The notes under the pieces: generated by a model
The model's input: the letters and a program-made list of their open reading frames with translations, nothing else
Database searches by the model: none
What the model was told of the DNA's origin: nothing
Made by a program: the position numbers and the translations under genes
Shown here: positions 48,648 to 56,976 of the stretch, in pieces
Numbering within the stretch: the first letter of the stretch is position 1
How the letters are laid out: every line of letters begins with the position of its first letter
DNA from: Bryobacterales bacterium
Lineage (GTDB): Bacteria > Acidobacteriota > Terriglobia > Bryobacterales > UBA6623
Direction of reading: 5' to 3'
Assembly (NCBI GenBank): GCA_965200705.1
Contig: OZ241376.1
Location: 589,722 to 653,721, forward strand
Length of the DNA: 64,000 bases

Positions 48648-48803
48648 AGTCTGACTGTCGCACTCGACGCGAAGTAGCTACCGGTGCTAGAAAATACGCC
48701 GCTTCGCATCCGCGCCGGGCGGCAGTCGTTGCGAGGTCCAGAGCCCCCCGAGGCCCGGTGGGAAGGCTACCAGGCTGCTGCTGTACGACAAAGGTTGTTA
48801 CAA

Positions 48804-48880
48804 GTGTCCGTAGCTCAGCTGGATAGAGCGCTTGCCTCCGGAGCAAGAGGTCGCACGTTCGAATCCTGCCGGGCGTACCA
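48804..48880 (+). tRNA. Second tRNA-Arg(CCG) copy with weakened stems (possibly decaying)
   Basis: Identical to 42172-42248 at 74 of 77 positions. Differences: acceptor c2>t and c4>t (creating U-G pairs, so three wobble pairs in the acceptor stem) and g52>c in the T stem (creating a C-C mismatch, gcacg versus cctgc). Confidence 0.7.
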
Positions 48881-48918
48881 CAGCGCCACGGACTCTGCGG
48901 TCCGAAGGGAACCCAGCC

Positions 48919-49893
48919 TCAGCGGTTGTAGACCGGAGTCGGTCCACGCAGGGCGCCCCACACCTCGTCGCAGGCTGCAAGCGTGTCCTCCGGCAGCGCT
49001 TCTGCTCGGCAGCCCTCGATGTTCTGCTCGAGATGGGCAAGACGTGAGGCGCCGAGGATCACGCAGTCCGCACCGGCCCTGTGAGCAACCCAGCGCAACG
49101 CCAGCGTGGCCAGCGATGTGCCCAGACTCTCCGCAAGGCCGCGAAGCGTCTCGACCGATCTGAAGTACTCGGCGTGCCAGAAGCGCTTCAAGTACATCTG
49201 GTTGCCGTCGAACCTAGTACCTGGGAGCGGCCCCTGCTCAAGGGACTGCTTGCCGCTCAGCAGTCCACCGGCGAGCGGGTTGTAGCAGGCGTTGGCGACG
49301 CCGTAGCGCTCGCAGAACGGGAGATACTCCGGCTCGATGCCACGAGCCAGAACGTTGTACATGGGCTGCGCCACGACTGGGGCCAGGTAGCCGCGCTCCT
49401 TGGAGATGGCAAACATCTCGGCGATCTGCCAGGAGGCGTAGTTGGAAGTGGCAATCCAGCGAATCTTCCCCTCGCGGCGCAGTGCGTCCATCTCCCCAAG
49501 GGTCTCGACGATGTCGACGCTGCGGTCCGGCTGGTGCAGGTAGTAGAGATCGACGTAGTCGGTGCCGAGACGTCGCAAGCTCGCCTCGCAGGCCCGTCGG
49601 ACCGCCTGCGCGCTGAGGCCCTCGTAGGCGTCGCCACCGCTGCCCATCTTGCCGCGCACCTTCGTAGCGAGGACGACCTGCGAGCGGCGCGATCCAAGCA
49701 CCCGACCCGTGATCTCCTCCGACAACCCTTGGTTGTAGACGTTGGCGGTGTCAACGAAGCTGACGCCTTGGTCTAGGGCGTAGTCCACCATCGTGGCCGC
49801 ATCTGAGTCGGTGACCTGAGACCCGAATGTCATCGTCCCGAGACAAACGCGGGACACCGTTGCCCCAGTGTTCGCCAGCTCGGTGGTACGCAT
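48919..49893 (-). CDS. Aldo/keto reductase (intact copy)
   Basis: Track ORF 48919..50550 is over-extended. ATG at 49891-49893 (MRTTELANTGATVSRVCLGTMTFG) is preceded by AGGAGG (within TAGGAGGT) and lies 14 nt after the upstream gene's stop. 324 aa with AKR blocks (FVDTANVYNQG, LATK, DLYYLHQPD). Confidence 0.9.
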   Translation of the reverse strand: MRTTELANTGATVSRVCLGTMTFGSQVTDSDAATMVDYALDQGVSFVDTANVYNQGLSEEITGRVLGSRRSQVVLATKVRGKMGSGGDAYEGLSAQAVRRACEASLRRLGTDYVDLYYLHQPDRSVDIVETLGEMDALRREGKIRWIATSNYASWQIAEMFAISKERGYLAPVVAQPMYNVLARGIEPEYLPFCERYGVANACYNPLAGGLLSGKQSLEQGPLPGTRFDGNQMYLKRFWHAEYFRSVETLRGLAESLGTSLATLALRWVAHRAGADCVILGASRLAHLEQNIEGCRAEALPEDTLAACDEVWGALRGPTPVYNR

Positions 49894-49907
49894 GAGCCGT
49901 CTACCTC

Positions 49908-51974
49908 CTACTGTTCGTCCGCACGCCGGACGGGATTCACGAAGGCTCCGTTGGCCGCCACATCCCAGACCGCGAGCCGCGCCCACTTCCAGGCGGGAGC
50001 GGGTACGCTCCACGCGTAGGACTCGCTCTCGAACTCGCTGGTGTCGGAGAGATCCACGATCTGGCGCTGCGTCCCGCTGCCATCTCCCCAGACGACCTCG
50101 GCGAAGTGGAGGGGGAATGTGGCGCGTACTTCCGCAGAGACCTCGATCACGTCCCCGGAACCACCAATCGACCACGACGGGAGCAGGACCTCCCCGGTCG
50201 AGACAAAGAACTCGCCAGCGCGCAATGGAGCCAGCAGCTCGTCGTACCGGTCGAAACTGGGCAGCGTGTCGGCCTTGATGTAGTTGACGTTCATGTGGGC
50301 GTACACCTCGTGCGTGTGGTCGAACTGGAAGACGTCGACCTCGCCGAGCAGTCGCTTGTCGAGACCCCAGTTCTGCATGTCGTCCAGCAGCCGCAGCGGC
50401 CGCTCGCCCAGACGAGGAGAGGACAGGTCGGCAGGCATGGCTTTCCAGCCACCGCCGAAGTAGGTCGCATCGCGAAAGTGCTCGGAGTCGCGAATCGCAT
50501 CGGGATAGCCCGTCGACCCCTTGGTTCGGGCATGCGTCTGATACGCCCAACCTCCCTCGCGGCGCATGAGATCCAGGAGTTCAGCGGCATCGGCCGTGCT
50601 GTACACCGTTCCGTACTTGGAATGCTTGCTCATGAAGCTGCCGTCAGGGGGCCGGTTCATCCACCAATACACCGGCTTGGGAAACACCAAGGCCCAGTGG
50701 CCGCCAAGATGCACATTGGCCTCTTCAGAAGGAATCAGCAGGAAGTCCTTGCCGGACTGGCGTCGGCAGACCCGAAAGAAGTCGTCCAGCTCGCGCAACC
50801 GCAGCTCCGTCAGATCGCGCGGATGGCCGTCGCCGTGAAAGTCCATGATGATCGCCGCATCGACGCCCATGTCCTGCAGGACTGTCTTGAATGGCGGCAC
50901 CCACTTCTTGTCTTCCTCCACAGCCTGCACGGTGTACGCAAGGTGGAAATGCGACGCGAGCGTCTTGTAGCCGTCCAGTGCTGGAAAGCGATCGCGATGC
51001 GTGTAGCGCAGCGCGTCTTCGAGCGTTTCGGTGGGGGTTCCGTCCCCGAGCAGCAAGAACAGCGACAGGGACTGCTCGGTGCCGGGAGGAGCGTTGACCC
51101 ACGGATAGAACTGCCAGTTCGTGTCTGAGAGCTGGCGGATGCCCAGCGAAACCGAGCCGCGCCAGGAGCGATGCCAGTTCTGCGAGAGGTTCGAAGTGAA
51201 GTCGCGTGGGAAAAAGTACTGGTGCGGAGCGGGGAGGGCCGCCAGACTGCCCTGATGCCCAGTGGTCGCCAAGGCCCGGAACCGGACCTTGTGTGGGACA
51301 CGCTCTGGCTGGAATCCGTTGGCGACCTCCTCCTGCAGTCGTCCTTCGGTGTCGTAGTAGGCATACGGAGTGCGCATGTTGCGGCCCGGCAGCACTTGGC
51401 TCGGCGCCCGAAACTCGAACCCGGAATCGTAGAAGAAAGCCGTGTTGGGCCGGTCGGTCGCCACAAGCGCACTCTGCTGGATCAGGCGCGAACCCGCAAA
51501 GAAGGTATAGACGACCGATCCGCTGAACAAACCCGCTTCAAAGCCTTCACAGTGCACGTTCAGTCGGTTGCCCGATGTCTCCACTCGGATTGCGGTTAAC
51601 GACAGGGTTCCGAAGTGCGACGCGGTGCCGTCGGCGTGCTTGGGCGGATAGTCGAAGAACGCATCCCAACCCTTGGATCGCGTCCCCGTCTCGACCCGGT
51701 AGAAGGGTCTGGCATCGCGTCCGATGACGGCCTCCCCGATGCCCATGGAGGCGATCAACGGCTTCTCGGGATCCCGACGGATCTCCGCCCACAGGCTGCT
51801 GCCCTCGGCATCCTTCCAGTCGATCCGCAGGTTGTCGCCTTCGAGACGCGCGGTCACGGGACCATCGCGGTATGCGCTCAAGTCGACGGGGACATCGGCC
51901 GCAAGAACGGATCCGACGCCCACCAACAGCATTGCCGTGAGAGCTTTGGCGGCATCCAACATCCGGCCAATCAT
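49908..51974 (-). CDS. Exported hypothetical protein with possible PHP-like metal-hydrolase C-terminal half
   Basis: 688-aa ORF with a signal-like N-terminus (AKALTAMLLVGVGSVLAADVP). The C-terminal half has spaced His/Asp clusters (SHFHLAY, DFHGDGH, EEANVHLGGH, QTHARTKGS, DVFQFDH) reminiscent of PHP-type phosphoesterases. This assignment is tentative. Confidence 0.7.
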   Translation of the reverse strand: MIGRMLDAAKALTAMLLVGVGSVLAADVPVDLSAYRDGPVTARLEGDNLRIDWKDAEGSSLWAEIRRDPEKPLIASMGIGEAVIGRDARPFYRVETGTRSKGWDAFFDYPPKHADGTASHFGTLSLTAIRVETSGNRLNVHCEGFEAGLFSGSVVYTFFAGSRLIQQSALVATDRPNTAFFYDSGFEFRAPSQVLPGRNMRTPYAYYDTEGRLQEEVANGFQPERVPHKVRFRALATTGHQGSLAALPAPHQYFFPRDFTSNLSQNWHRSWRGSVSLGIRQLSDTNWQFYPWVNAPPGTEQSLSLFLLLGDGTPTETLEDALRYTHRDRFPALDGYKTLASHFHLAYTVQAVEEDKKWVPPFKTVLQDMGVDAAIIMDFHGDGHPRDLTELRLRELDDFFRVCRRQSGKDFLLIPSEEANVHLGGHWALVFPKPVYWWMNRPPDGSFMSKHSKYGTVYSTADAAELLDLMRREGGWAYQTHARTKGSTGYPDAIRDSEHFRDATYFGGGWKAMPADLSSPRLGERPLRLLDDMQNWGLDKRLLGEVDVFQFDHTHEVYAHMNVNYIKADTLPSFDRYDELLAPLRAGEFFVSTGEVLLPSWSIGGSGDVIEVSAEVRATFPLHFAEVVWGDGSGTQRQIVDLSDTSEFESESYAWSVPAPAWKWARLAVWDVAANGAFVNPVRRADEQ

Positions 51975-52214
51975 ACCTGAGCCGGATCGCGGCCCAGCCG
52001 CTCTCCCGACTCACTGCAGAGAGCTTTTCGGCACGCTTCAGGCCATCTTGCCGAGGCACGCCACCGACCGACTGCGACGGGCACACCTCTTCGTCCCGCG
52101 ATGCATCACCAGAGTCCGCGACCTAGTTCAAGCGATGGGCGCATGTTGTCCCAACGCCGCCGAAGAGCGGGATCAATACGGTTCGATCCACTGGTCCAAG
52201 GGGATCCGCGCTCG

Positions 52215-52580
52215 TTACTGACCCGTTCCGCCGCCCCGGCTCGTGGGGGACACATGGACCTGGAATCCAGCACGGGCGTCCACCACGGGAATAGCGAAGA
52301 AGCATCCCTCGGGAGAGTCCGCACCGTTTGTTTGACAGCTCGGGAAGTACTTGTATGCCTTGCCCGAGACCCGGTTGTACAGGAACAGGTCTCCGTACGC
52401 CGTCTGGCCAGCGGAGATCGAGGCACCGCCAGCGGCCGCGCCCGCGATGGTGCCAGAGTACATTTCCCAGTCCTGCCCAGATGTGGTCGAAGCGCTCTGC
52501 GCCGAGACCACTCCGTTCGCAATCAGTCCAGCGACCACGAGACCGATCCCGACGAGGAGTGTCAAGTTAATGCGGGTCAT
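52215..52580 (-). CDS. Small exported/membrane-anchored hypothetical protein
   Basis: 121-aa ORF with AAAGGA upstream of the ATG. N-terminal hydrophobic segment (INLTLLVGIGLVVAGLIANGVVSA). Two Cys residues. I recognise no family. Confidence 0.45.
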   Translation of the reverse strand: MTRINLTLLVGIGLVVAGLIANGVVSAQSASTTSGQDWEMYSGTIAGAAAGGASISAGQTAYGDLFLYNRVSGKAYKYFPSCQTNGADSPEGCFFAIPVVDARAGFQVHVSPTSRGGGTGQ

Positions 52581-52916
52581 AATTCAATCCTTTCTTCTCA
52601 AAACATTCAGTTTCCCAATGAGTGCGCCGTCCCGACGTAGTTCGGATTCGAGTCCCGAGTGAGAGCACAATCAGTGGGCTTGGTTTGCATTCTCCCAGAC
52701 CATGATAGCGGCCTGTAAGCCCCTGCCCCAGTGTGCCGTTCGGCGACCTTCTTGCGATGTGACGTTAGCACCGCTGCATGCGTTGCAGGTCTTCGCTCGG
52801 CAGCCCGCAAACGGCCCTGCCATCCATGCCGCCAGCGAGGTCGTGAACGAGCCGCGGCACGAGGCCAGCATCCTTGACCAGTTGCGGCCAACTCTCCTAA
52901 ACTGACAGCGGTGGAA

Positions 52917-55481
52917 ATGTCGAAACTGCATCTAATCCTGCCCCTCGGCGCGGTACTCTTCGGCGTTGCCGCCCTTGAAGCCGCCGAGGCAATCGGCCCG
53001 GACTTCTCGTCCGATGTCGAGCCAATCCTGGAGCAGCGTTGCACCCAGTGCCACGGCGAGAAGCAGCAACTGGCCGGACTCCGCGTTGACAGTCGCGAGG
53101 CGTTGCTGAAGGGGGGCGCCAACGGCCCGGTCGTAGAGCCCGGTGATGCGGAAGCCAGTTCGTTGTACCGGCACATCGCCGGAATGGCCGAGCCAAGGAT
53201 GCCATTCGGCAGCACGCTCGCACCGGAGGAGATCGCGACGCTTAAGAGCTGGATTGAGGGAGGGGCCTCGTGGACGGCCGTCGAAGCCGAGGATCCCGCC
53301 GACAAGACATGGTGGGCGTTCCGCGATCCCGAGCGTCATGAGCCGCCTTCGGACACCGAGAACCCGATCGACGCGTTCCATGCAGAGACACTGGCGGCCA
53401 AGGGTCTGACGCCAGCTCCGCGGGCAGATGCCGGCACGCTGGTTCGTCGGGCATACCTGGACCTTGTGGGCCTCCTGCCCCCGACGGAAGTCGTGGAGAA
53501 GTTCGCAGACGATCCGTCCAAGGCGGCTTTCAGTCGGCTCGTTGAAGACCTACTGGACTCGCCGCGATACGGAGAACGCTGGGGCCGCCACTGGCTGGAT
53601 GCGGTGCGCTACGCAGACTCGTCTGGCTACGAGCACGACTACGACCAGCCCCACGCTTGGCGCTATCGGGACTACGTGATCAAGGCCTTCAACGAAGACA
53701 AGCCGTACGACCGATTCGTCAAGGAGCAGCTTGCAGGCGACGAAATGAGCGGTCAGAGCCACGACACCCTGATCGCGACCGGCATGCTGCGCGTGGGTCC
53801 GCGGGTGCTTTTCCGGGAGAAGGACAACCCGCAGTACCGCTACACCTACCTCGACGACATGATCGCCACGACAAGCCGGGTGTTCCTCGGCCTCACGGTT
53901 GACTGCGCACGTTGTCACGATCACAAGTTCGACGAAATCTCGCAGATGGACTACCACCGGATGATGGCGGTGTTCTTCCCCTACATCCGCTACGAGTTCC
54001 CGCTCGCCAACGAGGAGACCATCGCGGAACACGAAAAGACCACGGCTGCGGTGAAGGCGAAGATGGAGCCTTTCCTGGAGTCGATCCGTGCACTGGAGGA
54101 GCCGTACCGGGCTATGGCGGCCGACAAGGCACTCGAACGCTTCCCGGAGGAAATCCGGATTGCGGTCCGCACGCCAGAGAGCGAGCGCACGGAGGGCCAG
54201 ATGCTGCTGGCCGCACAAGTGCAGTCCATCCGCTCCAGCGGATACAGCGAACTGATCAGCCCGGAGGATGCCGGGAAGATCGCGCAACTCAAGAGCGAGA
54301 TCAAGGAACTGGAGAAGGAGCTGCCTCCCCCGCTGCCTCTGGCGATGGGCATTCGGGACGGCGACTACCGCTTCGCGCCGAACGGTCTAGGCGACGAGGT
54401 GCAGCCTGGCAAGGGCGACCGTCAGGACTTCAGCGGCATCGAGGGGACCTGGCTTCCGGCCAAGGGCTACAAGCCCCCGGACACACGCTTCCTGCCCAAC
54501 GCAGACTACCGGACCTTGGGCGATGTGGTTGAGCCAGGCTACATCCAGGTCCTGTCCAAGGGGAGACCGTTCGAACCACAGTCACCGGCCCACCGGATCT
54601 CGAGCGGGCGGCGCCTAGCGATGGCGGAATGGATCGCATCGCCGGACAACCCGCTGACAGCGCGGGTGATGGCCAACCGCATCTGGATGCACCACTTCGG
54701 CGAGGGACTGGTCTACACCGCCAGCAACTTCGGCAGCATGGGCACGAGGCCTACCCATCCCAAGCTGCTCGACTGGCTGGCCACGGAGTTCACTCGCCAA
54801 GGCTGGAGCGTCAAGTCGATGCACCGGTTGATGATGAACTCGGACGCCTACCAGATGGTGTCCTCGCATGACAACCCGGACGCCGCCAAGGCAGATCCCG
54901 AGAACAAGCTTCTCTGGCGATTCCGCCAGCGTCGCCTTGAAGGGGAGGCCATCCGGGACATCATCCTGAACGCGTCCGGCAAGCTCAATCTCGAAGCTGG
55001 CGGACGCGGGTTCTTCCCGCCGATCCCAGAGGAAGTCCGCGCATCCTTCCCCAAGGGACTCTGGGAGGCGTCCGATCCAGGCCCGACGAATTGGAGGCGC
55101 AGCGTATACGCCTACGCCAAGCGTGGCCTGCGCTATCCGTTCTTCGAGGTCTTCGACCAGCCCAACATGAATGTCACGTGCGAGCGACGCACGGTGACGA
55201 CAGTGCCCACCCAGGCGCTCACTCTGCTCAACAACGACTTTGCGCTGCGTCAGTCCCGGTTCTTTGCCGAACGGCTGTCCGGCATGGTGCAGGACGACGA
55301 AGGTCGCATTGCAGAGGCCTATCGCATCGCTCTGAGCCGGAGCCCGACCGAGATTGAGGTCGCAGCAAACCTAGCCTTCCTGCGCCGCCAGAAGGACTAC
55401 CACGACGGCGACTCGCTCGCCGCTCTGACGGACTTCTGCGCCGTCCTCCTCAACCTGAACGAGTTTCTGTATGCCGGATAA
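52917..55481 (+). CDS. PSCyt1/PSCyt2(DUF1549)/PSD1(DUF1553) protein with CxxCH motif; pair 2
   Basis: Track ORF starts at GTG 52911. ATG 52917 gives MSKLHLILPLGAVLFGVAALEAAEA. Heme-type motif CTQCHG. Blocks shared with pair 1: LLDSPRYGERWGRHWLDAVRYAD, AWRYRDYVIKAFNEDKPYDRFVKEQLAGDE and CARCHDHKFD. Confidence 0.85.
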   Translation: MSKLHLILPLGAVLFGVAALEAAEAIGPDFSSDVEPILEQRCTQCHGEKQQLAGLRVDSREALLKGGANGPVVEPGDAEASSLYRHIAGMAEPRMPFGSTLAPEEIATLKSWIEGGASWTAVEAEDPADKTWWAFRDPERHEPPSDTENPIDAFHAETLAAKGLTPAPRADAGTLVRRAYLDLVGLLPPTEVVEKFADDPSKAAFSRLVEDLLDSPRYGERWGRHWLDAVRYADSSGYEHDYDQPHAWRYRDYVIKAFNEDKPYDRFVKEQLAGDEMSGQSHDTLIATGMLRVGPRVLFREKDNPQYRYTYLDDMIATTSRVFLGLTVDCARCHDHKFDEISQMDYHRMMAVFFPYIRYEFPLANEETIAEHEKTTAAVKAKMEPFLESIRALEEPYRAMAADKALERFPEEIRIAVRTPESERTEGQMLLAAQVQSIRSSGYSELISPEDAGKIAQLKSEIKELEKELPPPLPLAMGIRDGDYRFAPNGLGDEVQPGKGDRQDFSGIEGTWLPAKGYKPPDTRFLPNADYRTLGDVVEPGYIQVLSKGRPFEPQSPAHRISSGRRLAMAEWIASPDNPLTARVMANRIWMHHFGEGLVYTASNFGSMGTRPTHPKLLDWLATEFTRQGWSVKSMHRLMMNSDAYQMVSSHDNPDAAKADPENKLLWRFRQRRLEGEAIRDIILNASGKLNLEAGGRGFFPPIPEEVRASFPKGLWEASDPGPTNWRRSVYAYAKRGLRYPFFEVFDQPNMNVTCERRTVTTVPTQALTLLNNDFALRQSRFFAERLSGMVQDDEGRIAEAYRIALSRSPTEIEVAANLAFLRRQKDYHDGDSLAALTDFCAVLLNLNEFLYAG

Positions 55482-56922
55482 TTCACGCTTCGTATCACGA
55501 CGCGACTTCGTCTTTCGCGCGGGCGAGGGCATCAGCGGCATCGCCTTGGCGGCGATGCTCCAGAAGGACGGCCTGCTGGCCGCGCAGGCGCCCTGTGACG
55601 CAAGCGGCGTCTCGTCACCGACCCAACCGCGCGATCCGCACTTCAAGCCTCGCGCCAAGGCGGTGATCTCCCTGTTCATGAGCGGAGGCGTCAGCCACGT
55701 CGATACGTTCGACCACAAGCCGATGCTCGAGAAGCACCACGGCCAGCCGCTCACCGGCAAGGGCCGCGTCCGCGTGCGGCAGGGGTTCCCTGGTCCGCTC
55801 ATGCGCAGTCCCTTCGAGTTCAAGCCTCATGGCGAGTGCGGCAAGCAGGTTTCCGAGCTGTTCCCGCACATGGGATCGATGGTGGACGACCTTGCGTTCG
55901 TGCACTCCTGCCAGGGACGTTCGAACGACCACGTCCTGGCCCACTACGAATGGAACACCGGCACTGTCCTCATGGGACACCCCAGCGTCGGTAGCTGGGT
56001 GACCTACGGTCTGGGTTCCGAGAACCAGAGCCTGCCCGGATTCGTAGTCATCTACGACCACCGCGGCGGTCCCTTTTCCGGTCCGTCGAATTGGAGCAGC
56101 GGATACCTTCCGGCCACGTACCAAGGCACGGTGTTCCGGTCCCAGGGAGATCCCATCCTCGACCTCCGTCCACCCAAGGGGTCACTGTCTTCGCAGCAGC
56201 AACGGGCACGTCTCGATCACCTGGCGCAGCTGAACGAGGCGCACGCGGCACGCCACCCCGGATCGTCGGAGCTGGCGGCACGGATCGCGTCGTACGAACT
56301 CGCCTACCGGATGCAGGGCTGTGCCCCGGAGGCCGTCGACGTCACACAGGAGTCGGAGGCCACCAAGCAGCTCTACGGCATGGACGACCCCGTCACCGAA
56401 CCGTTCGGTCGGCAGTGCCTCTTGGCGCGTCGCCTAGTCGAACGCGGCGTGCGGTTCGTACAGCTCTACAGCGGCGCCCTGCGCCAGCAGAACATTGACA
56501 CGTGGGACGCCCACAGCAACTTGGTCGAGAACCACACGCTGCACGCTGCGGAGGTAGACCGGCCGATCGCCGGTCTCCTCAAGGACCTGAAGCAGACCGG
56601 GCTGCTTGACGACACACTGGTGGTGTGGCACTCCGAGTTCGGCCGCATGCCGATCTCGCAGCGCGGCGTGGGCAGGGACCACAACCCGCACGCCATGACC
56701 GCCTGGATGGCGGGGGCTGGCATCCGTGGCGGACAGTCAGTCGGCGCAACGGACGAGTTCGGGTACAAGGCCGCCGAACAGGTGCTGACCTACCACGACC
56801 TGCACGCGACGATGCTGCATCTGCTGGGCATGGATCACACTCGGCTGACGTACTTCTTCAATGGTCGTCACATGCGACTGACTGACGTTCACGGTCATCC
56901 CATCCCACAGCTGGTCAGCTAG
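55471..56922 (+). CDS. DUF1501-family protein, TAT signal; pair 2
   Basis: 483-aa ORF. MPDNSRFVSRRDFVFRAGEGISGIALAA is a twin-arginine N-terminus. Blocks GGVSHVDTFDHKP and SEFGRMP. The ATG overlaps the upstream stop by 11 nt. Confidence 0.85.
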   Translation: MPDNSRFVSRRDFVFRAGEGISGIALAAMLQKDGLLAAQAPCDASGVSSPTQPRDPHFKPRAKAVISLFMSGGVSHVDTFDHKPMLEKHHGQPLTGKGRVRVRQGFPGPLMRSPFEFKPHGECGKQVSELFPHMGSMVDDLAFVHSCQGRSNDHVLAHYEWNTGTVLMGHPSVGSWVTYGLGSENQSLPGFVVIYDHRGGPFSGPSNWSSGYLPATYQGTVFRSQGDPILDLRPPKGSLSSQQQRARLDHLAQLNEAHAARHPGSSELAARIASYELAYRMQGCAPEAVDVTQESEATKQLYGMDDPVTEPFGRQCLLARRLVERGVRFVQLYSGALRQQNIDTWDAHSNLVENHTLHAAEVDRPIAGLLKDLKQTGLLDDTLVVWHSEFGRMPISQRGVGRDHNPHAMTAWMAGAGIRGGQSVGATDEFGYKAAEQVLTYHDLHATMLHLLGMDHTRLTYFFNGRHMRLTDVHGHPIPQLVS

Positions 56923-56953
56923 GAATACCGTTCGTCAGCTAGGACAACCGTTC
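56914..56953 (+). repeat. 20-nt tandem direct repeat spanning the stop codon of the DUF1501 gene
   Basis: gtcagctaggaataccgttc (56914-56933) is followed immediately by gtcagctaggacaaccgttc (56934-56953), 18/20 identical. The first unit contains the last codons and the TAG stop (56920-56922). Confidence 0.8.
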
Positions 56954-56955
56954 AG

Positions 56956-56976
56956 GGCCGCAGTCTGAACGCGGCC
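56956..56976. terminator. Hairpin between convergent genes
   Basis: ggccgc (56956-56961) and gcggcc (56971-56976) form a 6-bp stem with a 9-nt loop. There is no U-tract. It abuts the stop of the minus-strand oxidoreductase gene. Confidence 0.25.

Noticed and set aside
48919-50550. 543-aa ORF (and similarly 32466..34100, 33880..36789, 2178..3521, 16522..17589, 18336..19391) as annotated lengths
   Set aside because: These are longest-ORF over-extensions into the upstream gene or intergenic DNA. In each case an internal start with a signal peptide, RBS or family-typical N-terminus gives the expected protein length.
52630-52665. tRNA-like T-arm sequence (ttcggattcgagtcccga)
   Set aside because: Only a 4-bp stem with a 9-nt loop can be drawn, and I found no acceptor, D or anticodon arms on either strand. 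It is probably part of the 5' leader of the small exported-protein gene.
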